A stretch of DNA of 64,000 bases from Rhizophagus irregularis (GCF_026210795.1 NC_089430.1:4216001-4280000), one strand, 5' to 3'. Positions 39,835 through 53,476 are shown, numbered from the stretch's first letter. Notes: generated by a model from the letters alone, not told the origin. Numbers and translations: made by a program.

Positions 39835-40022
39835 GAGTATAAATATAAACTGTACTGTACGGTTAGCTAAACTGTACTGTACGAAGTGAGAATTCACCAA
39901 TCAGATTTTATTGTACGATAAATAAAAAAAATTTGAAAAGTATACAATGAGTTATGATTGGCTAAAATATTTTCGTACAGTACAGTTTAGCTGACCGTAC
40001 AGTACAGTTTATCTATTTACCT
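39835..40022. mobile_element. MULE-like MITE (188 bp)
   Basis: Long TIR ..AAACTGTACTGTACGGTTAGCTAAACTGTACTGTACGA / TCGTACAGTACAGTTTAGCTGACCGTACAGTACAGTTT..; 9-bp TSD TAAAAAATG at 39826-39834 and 40023-40031. Confidence 0.85.
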
Positions 40023-41619
40023 TAAAAAATGAAGTGGAGTGAATTGTTCATGAGAAATCAAAAATGGAGTGAGCATGTAAAAATAAAAGAGAAAAAGTGA
40101 ACAAAATTGTCCAAGAACAAAATTAATAATTTATTTATTAATATAAAATAAGAAACTAGCAAGTTGAAAACTAAAAAAATAAATTATCAAGGAGTACCCC
40201 AGAATAACCACAAAAAATTTAACAGATTACAGAATGACCGACATTACAGGAGTTGTGACAGATAATATGTGACGAATAGGATATTTGCCCATGAAAATGG
40301 AAACATGGAGAGGTGCGACACCGGTGATAAAAAAGCCACGTGATTTTCCGTGAAATTTTTCAAATTGCTGCGGTAAGTTACCAAATTAATGATCACCGCT
40401 ATAGTTTTTTATTTACAATTTATAATGGTAGTTAAAATATTTGCGAAAGATTTTGAAATTATACTTACAACAATAGTGTTACGCGGAATCGGCGTGTGTA
40501 AAGAAATCGGCGAGAATTGACAAATATCTCAAATAATCAAAATGAACGGAAGTTCCGACGGGTGAGTTATTAACCTCGTATAACTTGGTATAACTTATGC
40601 CAAGGATAGCTTAAATGAAATGAAGGAGTAATGTATATAGAAGGGTCGAACGAAGGTTGGGAGAGGAATTAGGATTTTAGTGTTAGCTTAATTTTTATTT
40701 TTTAGTTTCAGCTTTGGAATTGTTATTAGAATATTGTAGATATTGTAGCTCGCCAGCTGAGGCAACAATATTTTATAATTTTTGTTTATTTATCTTTGTT
40801 ATGATCTATTTAGGTCCGTTGTACGCAATTTTTCAGGGCCGGAATTAAGATAATGCCAGCCAGTATCTAAAAAAGGTAAATAAAAATTTGACCCGCATTA
40901 TTTGTAGAAGGAATGCTACATTTTATGTATATTTCTTTAATATTATTAATGCTTATTGCAGTATTTGCATTTATTGTTATACATTTATTGTTATTATGAT
41001 TTTTTGTTTTCTCTTTATCGAATATCATCAGAGCAACCATACAATTATCCCAACTACTTAGACGTAAGACGACAAATACATCTATACAATAATGCACTAC
41101 ATTCCATAGTGATTTCTATCTAAAAAATTAAAAATTAAAAAAAACTAAAAAACTATAATACCCAAAAATCTTAAATACAAATTACAACACATTTTCGTTA
41201 GTTATAATTTTTGTTAAGTTAAAACTATCTAAGAATAAAAACTAAATTTACATACATAATATTTTTGCATAACTAAATATTTTGTTAAACTTTACATTTA
41301 TTGTAATCTTTATTTTGTGCTATAAATTATAAATATACCATTTATTCACCAAATCCTAAAAGTAATTTAGAATTTCCAGGATAAATAAACATATCATAGC
41401 CACGTAATCACGTAATAGCGTCATTTGGATCGACTTGCACATTAATTTTTTCTCTCAATACAGTTTCCATTTTTTTCAAGGAATGTCGCCATTTCTTCAA
41501 AAAAAATAAAAGATTCAATTAAAGAATAATAATAAAATTTGTAGTTATGAGGATTAAAGTCGTAATTAATATATATAAATTGTTTTATTGTTCATTATAA
41601 TTATAAGAGAATGAATGTA

Positions 41620-41790
41620 TAAAGTATAAACTCTAATCATGGCATTAATCCTAAATGAGCATATTTTTGGGTTTAAAGCGCAATTCTCTTGGGAGATTGC
41701 AAATAGCTCCATATATAGCATCAGAACTGTGAACCGTTCTTTCAAATGACTGAAACCAATCGACGTTAATCATACTATAAGTCTTCCCCT
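41620..41790 (-). mobile_element. CACTA/EnSpm (Tnp2/Transposase_21-type) transposase fragment
   Basis: Minus strand reads MINVDWFQSFERTVHSSDAIYGAICNLPRELRFKPKNMLI, matching the NxDWFQPF..S.GAIY..ICNLPRE.RF motif; a frameshift follows. Confidence 0.8.
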
Positions 41791-41799
41791 AGTTATATG

Positions 41800-44430
41800 T
41801 GGCATTTATATCATTCTTAAATACCAGCATTATGCAATCTAAGTATATTTTTATAAAAATTGGTTATCTTTTAAACAACATACTATAATGCATTAATGCT
41901 AAAGCTTGAAACTAATTAAAACTATATGAGTTTGTATTTCTTTTATTTCTTTTTGAATTAGATAATTCTATAGTTTGCTAGCAATTATTAATGATTTCAC
42001 TTTTTTAAATCTTGCAAGATCATTTGTCTTATAATTTTATATAAATATATAGTTTCCAAATAACTGACATAGTAATATATTTTTGAGAAATAATAAAGTT
42101 ATGATTAGAATAGCATAAAACTATCATTGGTTTCAACCTAATTTTGCATCAAATTATATATATTAACATGTTGGATAATTTTAGTTATTGATAGTTATAT
42201 GTTTTAGGATTGCCTCTATAATAATAATGTGGTATGGGCATATGGCTTGTATTATAGATCTGAAAATTATAATTTTGAATAGCTTAAATAAATAAATAAA
42301 TTGAACTATATAATTTGTTTAAACTGGTTTGATAAAAGGAATTTTGTAAAGATTTAACTGTTAATAATTCTTTCTATGAGTTTATTGTAGTAAGGATATG
42401 TGTCAAAATATATAAAGTCAAATTTATAAATATTATAATGCAAAATTAAGCATTATGTACTGTTATTGGCTATTTTCAATTAAGAAACATGTAAATATTT
42501 AAATATCGACATAATCCAATTTTTTTACAATTATTAATTTTGTTTGTATTTTTTATCTACATATTTTCATTTAACGTTAATGATAATAAAATTTATGTTA
42601 AAACTATGTAATATATTGTTTTCATATGAATTTTTATTTATGCTTGTTATACAGTATATTTGTATCATATATATGGCATCTAATATATCTTTAAATGCCA
42701 CCGTTTTACCATAATCAAACTGTAAAAAAATGTATTCAACTATGAAATATTCCAATGTTAAACCTGAATAAACTTTGTAAAGTTCTTCTACACCAGGCTC
42801 TAAAATCTTTAACATATTGCATTATGTATTATTAGAAAGTAAGGTTTAAATAAGTCAATGTTCTTATTTTTCATATATCATAATTATTTCTTTGAAATAA
42901 GAATATCTTTGAAAAGAAATATTCCTTCTTAAATGTAATTATTTATAATATATTTTATCTGTTATTGCAAAGCAGAAAGGTTAAGATACTCTGTTTGTTT
43001 AGAGCCTTAGAGCCGGCCTAACATCTTTATAATAAATAAATTATTTAAATGTTATAAATTGATGATAATAGTGCCAGATGACTTCCTTGGTAAGCAAAGG
43101 AGTCCAGGTTAAAATATTACTAACAAAATTCTAAGCTGAATTAAATCTAACTTTAACTTACAATATACCAGTTATTTTATGAAATTTCTAAATCAAATTT
43201 ATGATATAACTCTATATTAATGATATTTAATAACATCTTGATTGCTATTTGAAATTGATAATGTTAATTTAAATTTAAATAAAAATTAATTGATTACAAT
43301 TACTTATTTATCAAAATTTCATGTTAAAAAGTATTATATATTTATTTTTAAGTAAGTTCTTGAGTTAAATGATGAAATAGGTTTGCAATATTTTGAGAAC
43401 GAGTGAAAACTCACTTTGTAGTTTTAATTTTGATTAATATGTAATGTGAATGCTTTGCTTATTACTATAAAGTTTAAGAACAGATATGTGTTTTCAGAGA
43501 GTATTGTTCCTTTATAATTCAATTATGTAATTTATGAATTTTTGCAGAAATATGTAACATTGTTTACAGAATATTTATTCTTTTATATATATTCTTTGTA
43601 ACTTGGAATAAATCCAAATAATTTATTTAGCTTTAAGTGTTCATCGTTGTATCAATTGTCTTTTTTATTTAACTGCATCAGATTAATTCTCTATATTTAA
43701 ATTGTTATTTGTTAACTAATGAATAATTTTAATTATATATGTTTCGTAATAAATTCTCTAACTTTTTTTTCCTGTATTTTTACTGCTTATAACATAGACT
43801 GGTAATTATTTTAGTATATTTTATTTTTTTTAGCAATTACTAAATGAATAATTTGAAGCGAATATGTTTTATAAGTTGTAGTTATATATTGTATTTTTTT
43901 TAAATTTTTTTTTTATTTGGTTATTTAATAGTTTTTCATTGTATTTCTTAAATTGATGATAATAATTATAATGTGTATGACACTATTTAATCATTTAATC
44001 ATATGAATGCAAGTCATCCTATTTGATATTTATAGAAATAGCTATCAAACTTTGTTTTCACATGAAATTCTTATGAAAAATGATTGAAAATGATAATTTT
44101 TGGATTTAAAACCAAATCCTAATAACAATTTGATGTTGCTTGTAAAAATACATTTTTGATTTATAATGAAATAATTACTTTCTTGGAAGTTAATAGTAAC
44201 TTATTTGATGTGACTGATGTAGTGTTAACAAAACACTTTTAGAAATAACAAATTATATTTATTAACATATTAATTATAATAATAATAACTTACTGTTGTT
44301 TGGTGAGATATGCTGTAATTTATATTTGATATAATAGATATACACCTGAGGCACAACATGTATATATTTTTGAAAATAAATACTATAATGCAAAAATAAA
44401 GAATTTAGCTAAATTTTAATGTCATTATTT
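41800..44430 (-). pseudogene. Heavily decayed, unidentified protein-coding relic
   Basis: Patches of coherent minus-strand frame with scattered stops (NDLARFKKVKSLIIASKL*NYLIQK.., ORF 42567-42815, PGLLCLPRKSSG) and a GTAAGT donor near 44293; family not recognised. Confidence 0.3.
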
Positions 44431-45950
44431 TCCTATAGTTTTTATCAATATTTAAATAATAAATAATACATTTTACCAAATAATCTTTTCGTGATTTTTT
44501 TAATTCAAAATTATGACTATTGAGCTAATATATACTTTATTACTTTTATTATACCAAAAGAATTTTCTCACATCAATTTTTACATTGTTCTACCAATTCG
44601 ACCAATATAATCTAATAAACAATTCGTCAATGTAAATTTCAAAAATTACTAACTAAAAAAGAAATATAATCAAATAAATATAAATGGAGCATAATTATAT
44701 TAAGAAGATTTATACTAATACTGAAGCATACTGATGATCATGTGATGCAAATTTCACTTTTTACCAGAAGCTTTTCCATCTGTAATGGACCATTTTATCT
44801 TTAATTCGGTATATAATCACGTTGGCGAGCGAACTTTAGGGTCACTAGGTAAGTTAAAATTTTCAAATGTGCCACATCTTTTTACTGCTTGTTTGAGAGA
44901 GAATTTTTTTTAATAAAAATTACTCGTCACCCACTATATGTCATATTGTTAAAAGGTTAATTTTAGCAGGGTTAGTTTTAGCGAGTAGCGACGCCTTAAT
45001 TAACAAATATACATTTAATTAAAAATATACATTTTCTAAAAATGTCATTCAAAATCGTCTTCAAATTTTCTAAAAAAAATATAGAGGTTATAAATTAAAG
45101 TATAAATATTTTAAATTTAAAAATCTTTAAAATGAAAAGGTATGTTTCTCATCTCTTAATAAAATTTGCTAATTATAGTTTACATAAAGTGATAAACTTG
45201 AGAGATTTGAATAATTTTTTTTTATTAAAGAAAGGTTGTCGATATGGTTAATTACACATAGAAAACAAAAAAAAAAGTGACCTATTGACCCGTTAAATCA
45301 GCCATCTCTTTTGCAGGATTACTAATAATCTTGCATTTGTTTGAACATGACGATCATGTCACAATTTTTTATACTCTGACAAAGTAGCTATAGCAAATGA
45401 GAAATTTTTAATAATCTTACGTACAATTGATCGGCAAATCACCTGATTACGGTAATTTCGGGACTAGGCTCGTGATAGCTTGACATTCATAACGTCATCC
45501 AGAACGTGACATTCTGCCCAATGCTCTAAAAAAAATCCTATCCTTTAATTGTATTTTCGCAATGACCATTTATATAATTGATGTTGCTTCTGGGTTTTCA
45601 ATCATATTTTACATTTTTACTAGTAGCAATTTATATTTGATGAAATTATGAGCACTTTATCACTAACATATGGCTTTAATTAATTGTATTTTGTATTTTA
45701 TAGAGCTTTACTAATACTACTTTATTATAATTTTCAGACAAAATTTAACCGAAGCGAGCTACGGCGATAAATTATTATAAAGATTGAAATTATGTGTATT
45801 ATACTAACCACGAAAAGATCAATACACTTGCGCATAAATTCTTAAACTATTAAAACTGAATATAACGTTTACAAGTTTATATAACGAATTGCTTATGTAT
45901 TTGATTAAAAATATCTTAAGTTGAATAAAAAAATTCTCTAGTAAATTTCT

Positions 45951-46710
45951 TTATAATCCACCACTTTCGAGAATAAATTGACTGCAATAATTTTTAAGCT
46001 GGTTGGTATTATTAGTTTCTGCAAAATTTTTTATTTGTCTCACATCAATCTGGTGACCGATCGTGAAAGCCTTACTTCCATCAACTCTTTCAGATGATCT
46101 AAGCTGTAATTATTTGCAAACTTAAGCAGATCTTTATATCGTTCAAAAATATCCGCGCTTCTTCTCGAGGGTTGTCATATTCATAATCCATATATTCTGC
46201 CTAAAAAAAATTACAGCTAATAAGAAATATATCATTTTATAATTTTTATAATTATATACCTTATCGTAAATTGATGGCGCACATCATCGATATTCTGACC
46301 GTATAAGTAGCGTAACAAGACGCACACCGAGTTAGGTTCAACGTATTCAAGTGTTCAACATCGTTAATAATAATAGAAGAGCTTATTGTGACTGGCCTTT
46401 ATTCTTTCACCGTTAACCTCGATTGGACATGAAGTCTGACATGCATTTCATTATTTGATCGTTTTACTTCTCGCACCAGCTCTTTTGAGCATTGTAGGAT
46501 ATTTAGCAAGACTTGGCTTGATATTTTTTTCTTCACTTGCTCACTGTTTAAAACTAATTCTCTTACAGATGCCCAGTCTTCAGATTTAAAGGGATCAAGA
46601 TCTTTATGAAATTAAGGAATAATTTGTCATATGGATGAATTTCTGTTAAGTCATCTATCTTCATTTAAACTTTCTTTTTCTAGCCAGTTATAAACCACAT
46701 AAACATTAAT
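45951..46710 (-). pseudogene. 3' fragment of a gene with a C-terminal BTB/POZ domain, multiply frameshifted
   Basis: Pieces DPFKSEDW, IKPSLAKYPTMLKRAGAR, IEVNGERIKAS, VEPNSVCVLLRYLYGQNIDD, YKDLLKFANNYSLDHLKELME, NQLKNYCSQFIL..*; the 5' part is replaced by T-rich repeat DNA. Confidence 0.7.
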
Positions 46711-47194
46711 CTAAATTTTTTCGGTTCCCTTTAATTTTTTTTCTTGAACCGATCTTTTACTTTCGGTTCTTTCTTTTTTTTCAAATTTCTTCTTTTCTCT
46801 TTCGAAACACTTTTTCATTTCTTTTTTCATTTCTTTTTTTAAAAATTTTTCATTTTTTTTTTTCATTTTTTTTCCAAACCGAAATTTTTTTTTTGTTTTT
46901 TTTCATTCTTTCCCCGTCCAAACCGAAAAACCATTATTGTTTTTTTTTATTAAATAATCTTATTATTTCGGTATTACTGTATGTAATTAACCACTATAAT
47001 TATAAAAACAAAAACATTTTGAGTACTAGATCCTTTAATTAGATCCTGTATTTGTTGCAATTGATGTGTAATTTCTTGAGAATTTAAAGGACTAATAAAC
47101 TTTATTTAAACTTTTACATATAATTTTTTTTAAAAACTAATACATAAACTTTTTTAACTCTCAATATGAACTAAAAAAGCTAAACGATAATATA

Positions 47195-47278
47195 ATTATT
47201 GTATGGGATATACTTAACAATAGGATAAAAATGGCTGCGCCATTTTATCCTATTATCAAGTATATCCCATACAATAAT
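47195..47278. repeat. Near-perfect 84-bp inverted repeat (hairpin)
   Basis: attattgtatgggatatacttaacaataggataaaaatggc-tgc-gccattttatcctattatcaagtatatcccatacaataat. Confidence 0.9.
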
Positions 47279-47469
47279 ATGTAATTATTTGATTGTAAAA
47301 AATTTTTATACCAGTATACAAAGAGAACCTTTTTTTACACAATTGCAATTGGCTACAATATATATGCCCTTATAGAAATTCTATCGATCACACATGGAAC
47401 AGCAATTAATTTCGTTACGACTGTTACTATTAATTGACACGAATTGTACGACTATTATCGGGAATCACC

Positions 47470-47609
47470 GAGCAATATATAAATAGGTAACAAGAGATCA
47501 GCACTCATTTACTATCTATTTAAAGGCTAGAATTACGTAATGCCGCCTGGAATTATCCAAAAAAAGAAGGATCTACACATTGTTCTTGTTACCCTTTTAT
47601 GTATTGCTC
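47470..47609. mobile_element. 140-bp MITE sharing the inner TIR of the AGGACC family
   Basis: GAGCAATATATAAATAGGTAACAAG / CTTGTTACCCTTTTATGTATTGCTC, flanked by ACC on both sides. Confidence 0.7.
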
Positions 47610-47686
47610 ACCGTTCTGAAAATTAATTAAATTTATTCGGCTGACACCAATAGTTTTACAAATACTTTTTGTTTTACTCTCTCACT

Positions 47687-49282
47687 ATGTCTTGTTCAAA
47701 AATATTCTCGGGAGAATTACCAGAATTAACATATGATATTTTAAAGTATTTTAAGAATGATTTTTCAACTTTACATTCATGTATTTTAGTTAACAGATTA
47801 TGGTGTCGTTTAGCAATTCCATTATTATGGGAAAACCCATTTTCGAAACCTACAGGAAATTATAAGTTTATTGAAATTTGCTTAGATAATTTAAATGGGG
47901 ATTTAAAAACAGAATTAAATGAATATAGAATTGAGGATAATTTATTTCCTTCAAATACACTTTTCAATTATCCTAGTTTTATAAGGTATTTGAATACACA
48001 TACGATTTTTTATTCTATTTACAAGTGGTCTGAAATTGCTAAAAAGACTTTAAAACCTGAAAAAAGAAATTTATATGAGGTTAAAAATTTTCAAAAATTA
48101 ATTCAAATATTATTTTTTAAACTGATTATTGATAATGAAGCAAATTTACATACTCTTAAAATTGAGCTCATTTCTAGTACTTGGAATTCTCACTTTAATA
48201 ATCTTTTAGAATTAATTTTACAAAATCCAAATTTTATTATTCACAATGTTAAAAATTTAACATTTTATACTCGTATTCATAATGATTCTACTAGTGATAA
48301 TACATATATGATAGCTAAAAATCTTATATTACAATTAATTAACTTACATCAAAATCTTAAAAATATTTCTTTAAGTTTTGATATAAACTTTCTTTCATAT
48401 AAATCATTATTATTAACAAAAGATTATAATTGTTCAAACACTTTAAATACTATCACATTATGTCACGTTAATTTTAAAGATATAATCAATTTAGATAAAA
48501 TATTTGATCAATTAAAAGTTTTAGAATCTGTTCATCTCATTTATTGTTATTCCTTAAATAATAGTTTTATTCAACAAATTATTAATTTAAATAGACCATT
48601 TAAATTAAAATCTTTAATTATAGATTCGAGATCACAAATTGATGATTCATCATTTCAATTATTACTACGAAAATGTGGCGGATATTTAGAGAATTTTGGA
48701 AGTAAATTTGGAGTTCAAAGTGAAATATTACATGAATCAATTATAAAATATTGTAAAAATATTAAATCATTTTATTTAAGTGAATTTAAAGATCAGATTA
48801 TTTATTTATTATTAGATCTGATTGAAAATATGAAACAAAGTCTTAATTATCTTACAATCATTGTATCGAATTGTGAAAATTATATTGAATGTAGTTCAAT
48901 TATATTACAAAATTTAGGACAAGTCCTTCCTTTTAAATTAGAATATTTAGATTTGGTTCTTCACATTAAAATGAGTGATTTTGAAGTATTCTTGAAAAAT
49001 TCACAAGATACTTTTATTAAGAAATTGTTGATCAATAATTTCAATGATTTAAAAGGACAAGATATTTTATCTTATATAAAAGAATATATTATGAAAAAGA
49101 AAAGAGCAAAGTATTTGGCTTTTATGTATTCCTATGAAAGTACATCAGATGATGAAGATATTGAAAACTATAAGGAACTGGCTTCAATGAAAGATGAAGT
49201 GGAGGAATTTAAGTTGTATGGTATTAAACTGCTAAGTTATTATGGCTCATTGATAAGTTTTTATGAATTTACTCGGGATTAA
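47687..49282 (+). CDS. F-box-like / RNI-LRR-like protein (531 aa), intronless
   Basis: N-terminal LPELTYDILKYF..LHSCILVNRLWCRLAIPLLW F-box pattern followed by LxxLxL-type repeats; ATG at 47687. Confidence 0.88.
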   Translation: MSCSKIFSGELPELTYDILKYFKNDFSTLHSCILVNRLWCRLAIPLLWENPFSKPTGNYKFIEICLDNLNGDLKTELNEYRIEDNLFPSNTLFNYPSFIRYLNTHTIFYSIYKWSEIAKKTLKPEKRNLYEVKNFQKLIQILFFKLIIDNEANLHTLKIELISSTWNSHFNNLLELILQNPNFIIHNVKNLTFYTRIHNDSTSDNTYMIAKNLILQLINLHQNLKNISLSFDINFLSYKSLLLTKDYNCSNTLNTITLCHVNFKDIINLDKIFDQLKVLESVHLIYCYSLNNSFIQQIINLNRPFKLKSLIIDSRSQIDDSSFQLLLRKCGGYLENFGSKFGVQSEILHESIIKYCKNIKSFYLSEFKDQIIYLLLDLIENMKQSLNYLTIIVSNCENYIECSSIILQNLGQVLPFKLEYLDLVLHIKMSDFEVFLKNSQDTFIKKLLINNFNDLKGQDILSYIKEYIMKKKRAKYLAFMYSYESTSDDEDIENYKELASMKDEVEEFKLYGIKLLSYYGSLISFYEFTRD

Positions 49283-51097
49283 TTATTTAGTGGAGTGGTA
49301 ATTTTAAAATTTCAGATATATAATATAATTGTATTATTTTAAAATAAAAATTAGTTAAAGTAGTAAAAAATTACGAATAATAATTGTTTTTTACAAAATG
49401 TGATAAATAAATCAATACCCAGTTTATTATGAATCTTTTGCTCTTTACAAATAAATGTAAATATATAATGAAAATTTTCGACTATAATAATTTTTAAGAT
49501 CTTATTACTAATTAGTGAAATTGTTGCCTTCTGAATACTACAATATTAATAATTTATGCTAATATTGCAAATTACAATTTATCGAGTAAATAATTTTGAA
49601 AAAAACGGGTAAAATATGATTTTAACCTTTCCTAAAAAGAAAGTTGACTAGTTTCATTTAATTAAGTTAACCAATTAGTAGCCCGGATGTGATGTTGTAG
49701 TAACCCCTACTACGTGATTACTCCATAACATCTAAAAATTATTTTAACCCTTCCCTATCAGATGTTAATAATCAGGTTATTCTTCATAATAACAACAGTA
49801 ATGATAATCATCATAATTATTTGTATATACACAATAATCATATAGCATCTCTTCTCTAATTTATGAAAATGTAAAATTGTAATGATATAACTTTATAATC
49901 TTAATCCTTATTCTCTTTTTTTATATCTGTTGTTTTCTTTTTTTTACCCTTTTTTTTTATAAAAAAAAAATAATAATAACGTGTAAGACAATTCATTTCA
50001 TTTACAAATGTAAATTTCAATAAATTTCCTTTAGAGAAGAATTAATTGTTTACAAAATAATAATAAAAAAAATTTTTTTATGTTACAAGTATTTTAAGTA
50101 ATTTATTGAAATATATAAAATACTAAACAAAATATAACAAATAAATTATTAAAAAAAATTACATACAATAAAACTTTCATATGCAAGAGAAAATATTTAC
50201 AATAATATTTGGACAGCTTTGTTCTTATAATTTTTTTTTATTTATTTTACTTGTAACCTTTTTTTTTGTAATTGTAGATCTAATCCCATTTTCAGTTTTT
50301 ACTCAATGAAACCAATGGAATAACTCCGATATGATAAAATTCTTTTTTTCTTGTATACTAATTTTATCAGTGAAAGGTATTTGGAATTTATCCGATTAGA
50401 ATTGTTTAAAGTGTTATTTTCATTTAATTATTAATGATCGATCAATAAAAAGTTTATAATTACCGAAAATAATCATCCAGATCATGTGCAATATATATTT
50501 TATATATATACAAAATTGTGTAACCTGGAAACAAATCCGGCTACTGTTTTTTTTATGGGTCGTTATGAATAAAATAAAAAAATCACAAGTCTTATGTATA
50601 TCGATCTATTTGTTATTATTAGAAAAAAAAAAATTTTTTAAAAAAAATTCTGTTAGATTAAAGCGTAAAACATAAAGTATAAAGCTTTTATGCATTTTTT
50701 TATTATAAAATTGATTTCTCAAGTTCACATTGCGTGCGCATTTCCAAAATTTCCAAAAACATGAAAATATGCATGAAGATCGAGAGCAAATAACGAATTG
50801 AGCGAAAAAGTCGGTTAATTTAGAAATGATCAAAAACACTTATACGCTAAAAAAATGATTGTATTAATAATTTGAATGTAATATAGCAGTTTTAATTTAT
50901 TATTGTTCATTAGTGTGATCATATACGGATATATAATAAAGCCTTTTAATATACTTATTTTATTAATAATGTTAGACTTTTTATTTCATCCTTTTACGTG
51001 AGACCATGATTATTCCTATATTAATGAACCCATAAAATAACTTATACATCGCTTTTTTTTTCTTTCCTTTTTTTTAAAAAAAAAAATTTTTTAAAAA

Positions 51098-52616
51098 ATG
51101 GCATCAATTTTTCATCTTAATCTCTCAAAAGACCTTTCCTTAATATTAGATGATGCAGATGATTACAATGCTATTATTCAAGTTGGTGAAAACCAAAATA
51201 TAAAAGAATTTCATACACATTCTGTTATTTTACGTGCTCGTTCTCCCTATTTTAAAGCTGCACTTTCAGCCAATTGGATTACAAAGAAAAATAATATGAT
51301 TATGTTTAGCAAACCAAATATTACTCCAACTGTTTTTTATATGATTTTGAAGTGAGGAATATTTAGTTTTTTTTATAAATTTGACATTAACTTATTCTAA
51401 ATATATAATTATTTTTATTAGGTATGTGTACACTGGTGAACTTGATTTAATTGAACAATCGGGTGAAAATATTCTTAATTTGCTAATTGCATCTGATGAA
51501 TTACTTCTTGATGAAGAATTATTTAAACATGTTCAAGATTATTTAATTGAAAAACAAACCAAATGGGTTCATAAAAATTTCGTTCTTGTTCTTAATACTG
51601 TCTTTGGACTTGATAGTTGCAAGAAATTACAAGGTTATTGTCTTGAATCTATCTGCGAAAATCCATTCCCATTTTTTTCTTCAAAAATCTTTCCTTCAAT
51701 AAATAAGAAAATACTTTTTGACTTGCTTAAAAGAGATGACTTGCAGATTGATGAAATTACTATTTGGGATTGTTTAATTGAATGGGGTATTGAACAAACT
51801 CCTGATTTGGGAAACAATAAAGCTAAGTGGAATAAGAATAATCACAAAGCATTGAAGAAAACTTTAAATCAATTTATTCCTCTCATTCGGTATGTAGGAA
51901 TTTCTCGTGCAGATTTTTTTGATAAAGTCCGTCCTTATAAAACTATTATTCCTTATCACATTTATGAAGAAATCGAAGAATTTTATTATAAAGATTCCTC
52001 ACCTAAAACTACAATTTTGCCACCTAGAATTTGTTCGACATTTGAAATAGGAAAAATTGAATCAAATATCATCAAACCAATACTTGCAAAAATAATAATT
52101 AATTGGATTGATAATAAAGATACTATGTATATTCGCACTAGAAATGATCCATCATATAGGCTTAAACTTATTTATCGTGGTAGCCGTAATGGAATTAGTA
52201 ATGAGTCATTTAGAAAAAAATGTAAAGGTCGAGTAGCAAGTTTAGTTCTAATTAAAGTTAAAGATTCAAATAAAGTTTTTGGTGGATATAGTTCTATTGG
52301 AGTTTGTTCATTAGGAAATGATTTTGATGATGATCTTATTCGTCATGGTTTTCAATTTTACAATTCATCAGATAATTTTATTTTCTCATTTGAAGATAGT
52401 GAAGATACTCAAAATATGAAAATAAGTCGAGTAGTAAGTAATTCTCATGCCATATTGGATCATCATGCTAGTGGATTTAATTTTGGTCGTAGTTCATTGT
52501 GCATGATAAATCAAAGTTTATATCTTACTAATTATATTGGGAATTATGAAAGGAATTTAGATACAAATAAAATTTATACTATTGAAGAAATTGAAACGTA
52601 TTTTGTATATCAATAA
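51098..52616 (+). CDS. BTB/POZ-BACK-TLDc protein, copy 1 (482 aa)
   Basis: Exons 51098-51351 and 51422-52616; HSVILRARSPYF, ILKYVYTG, LLKRDDLQIDE, LIYRGSRNG, VFGGYS, FIFSF motifs. Confidence 0.92.
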
Positions 52617-53476
52617 AAATTTATGTAAACAATGTTATTGCAAATTTATACTTTAGATAATTTAAATCACAATGAATTAAGTTTCGAAGAATAAGATTAT
52701 TAGTTAGGCAAATTATAAAATTTAAATAATAGTCAAAACACGTTAGTGTATAATGCCGTAATGCGGGCCAAATATCACGTGATAGTGAAATTTTTGATGG
52801 TACATGAAAACAACTTCTTTGCAATTTGCAACTTGAATTTTACTATTTATAATTTTCATATTAAATAATTTTTTTATGATGAATGATCGAAACTTCTTTA
52901 GACATATATGTATACTCTTTAGGATTGCAAGTATTTTGAGTTAGAGAAAGAAAATGTTAAGTTTATTTATATGTTGTAATGATGTTTTGATAAAATTCAT
53001 TCCAAAATTATACTTATTATATAAAACACCATGATATAGACAAGAAAATTAAGTTAGATTGATAAGAAATGTAATGATTATTCGTACTGAAGAATATAGT
53101 AGTGTATGATTGAGTAATAAAAATGAGATATTTAGATACTGTAACAATTTTTGTAGATGTATTATTAATATACCAGATACTGTATGTGTAAAATGCACAT
53201 GTTTTTATTTAATAATAATATTATTAATGAAATGGATTTTTTACTCTTTGAAAAATTGAATGTAATCAAAAAACTGTATACAGTATATGAGAGGTAATTA
53301 ACTTCAATATTAATCAATTTTTTTAAAAAAAATTGGAATAATCTTAAAATTTTATTAATTTTATTCTTCAATTTTTCGAAAATAATCAAATTTATGACTC
53401 TTAAGATTAAAATAATTGTTCATTATAAATTAAATTTTTATGTTTTTTATTAGGAATCATAACTATATGAACCCTC

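Noticed and set aside
44820..45000. GCGAGCGA motifs resembling Helentron ends (also ~45750)
   Set aside because: Too degenerate to define boundaries.
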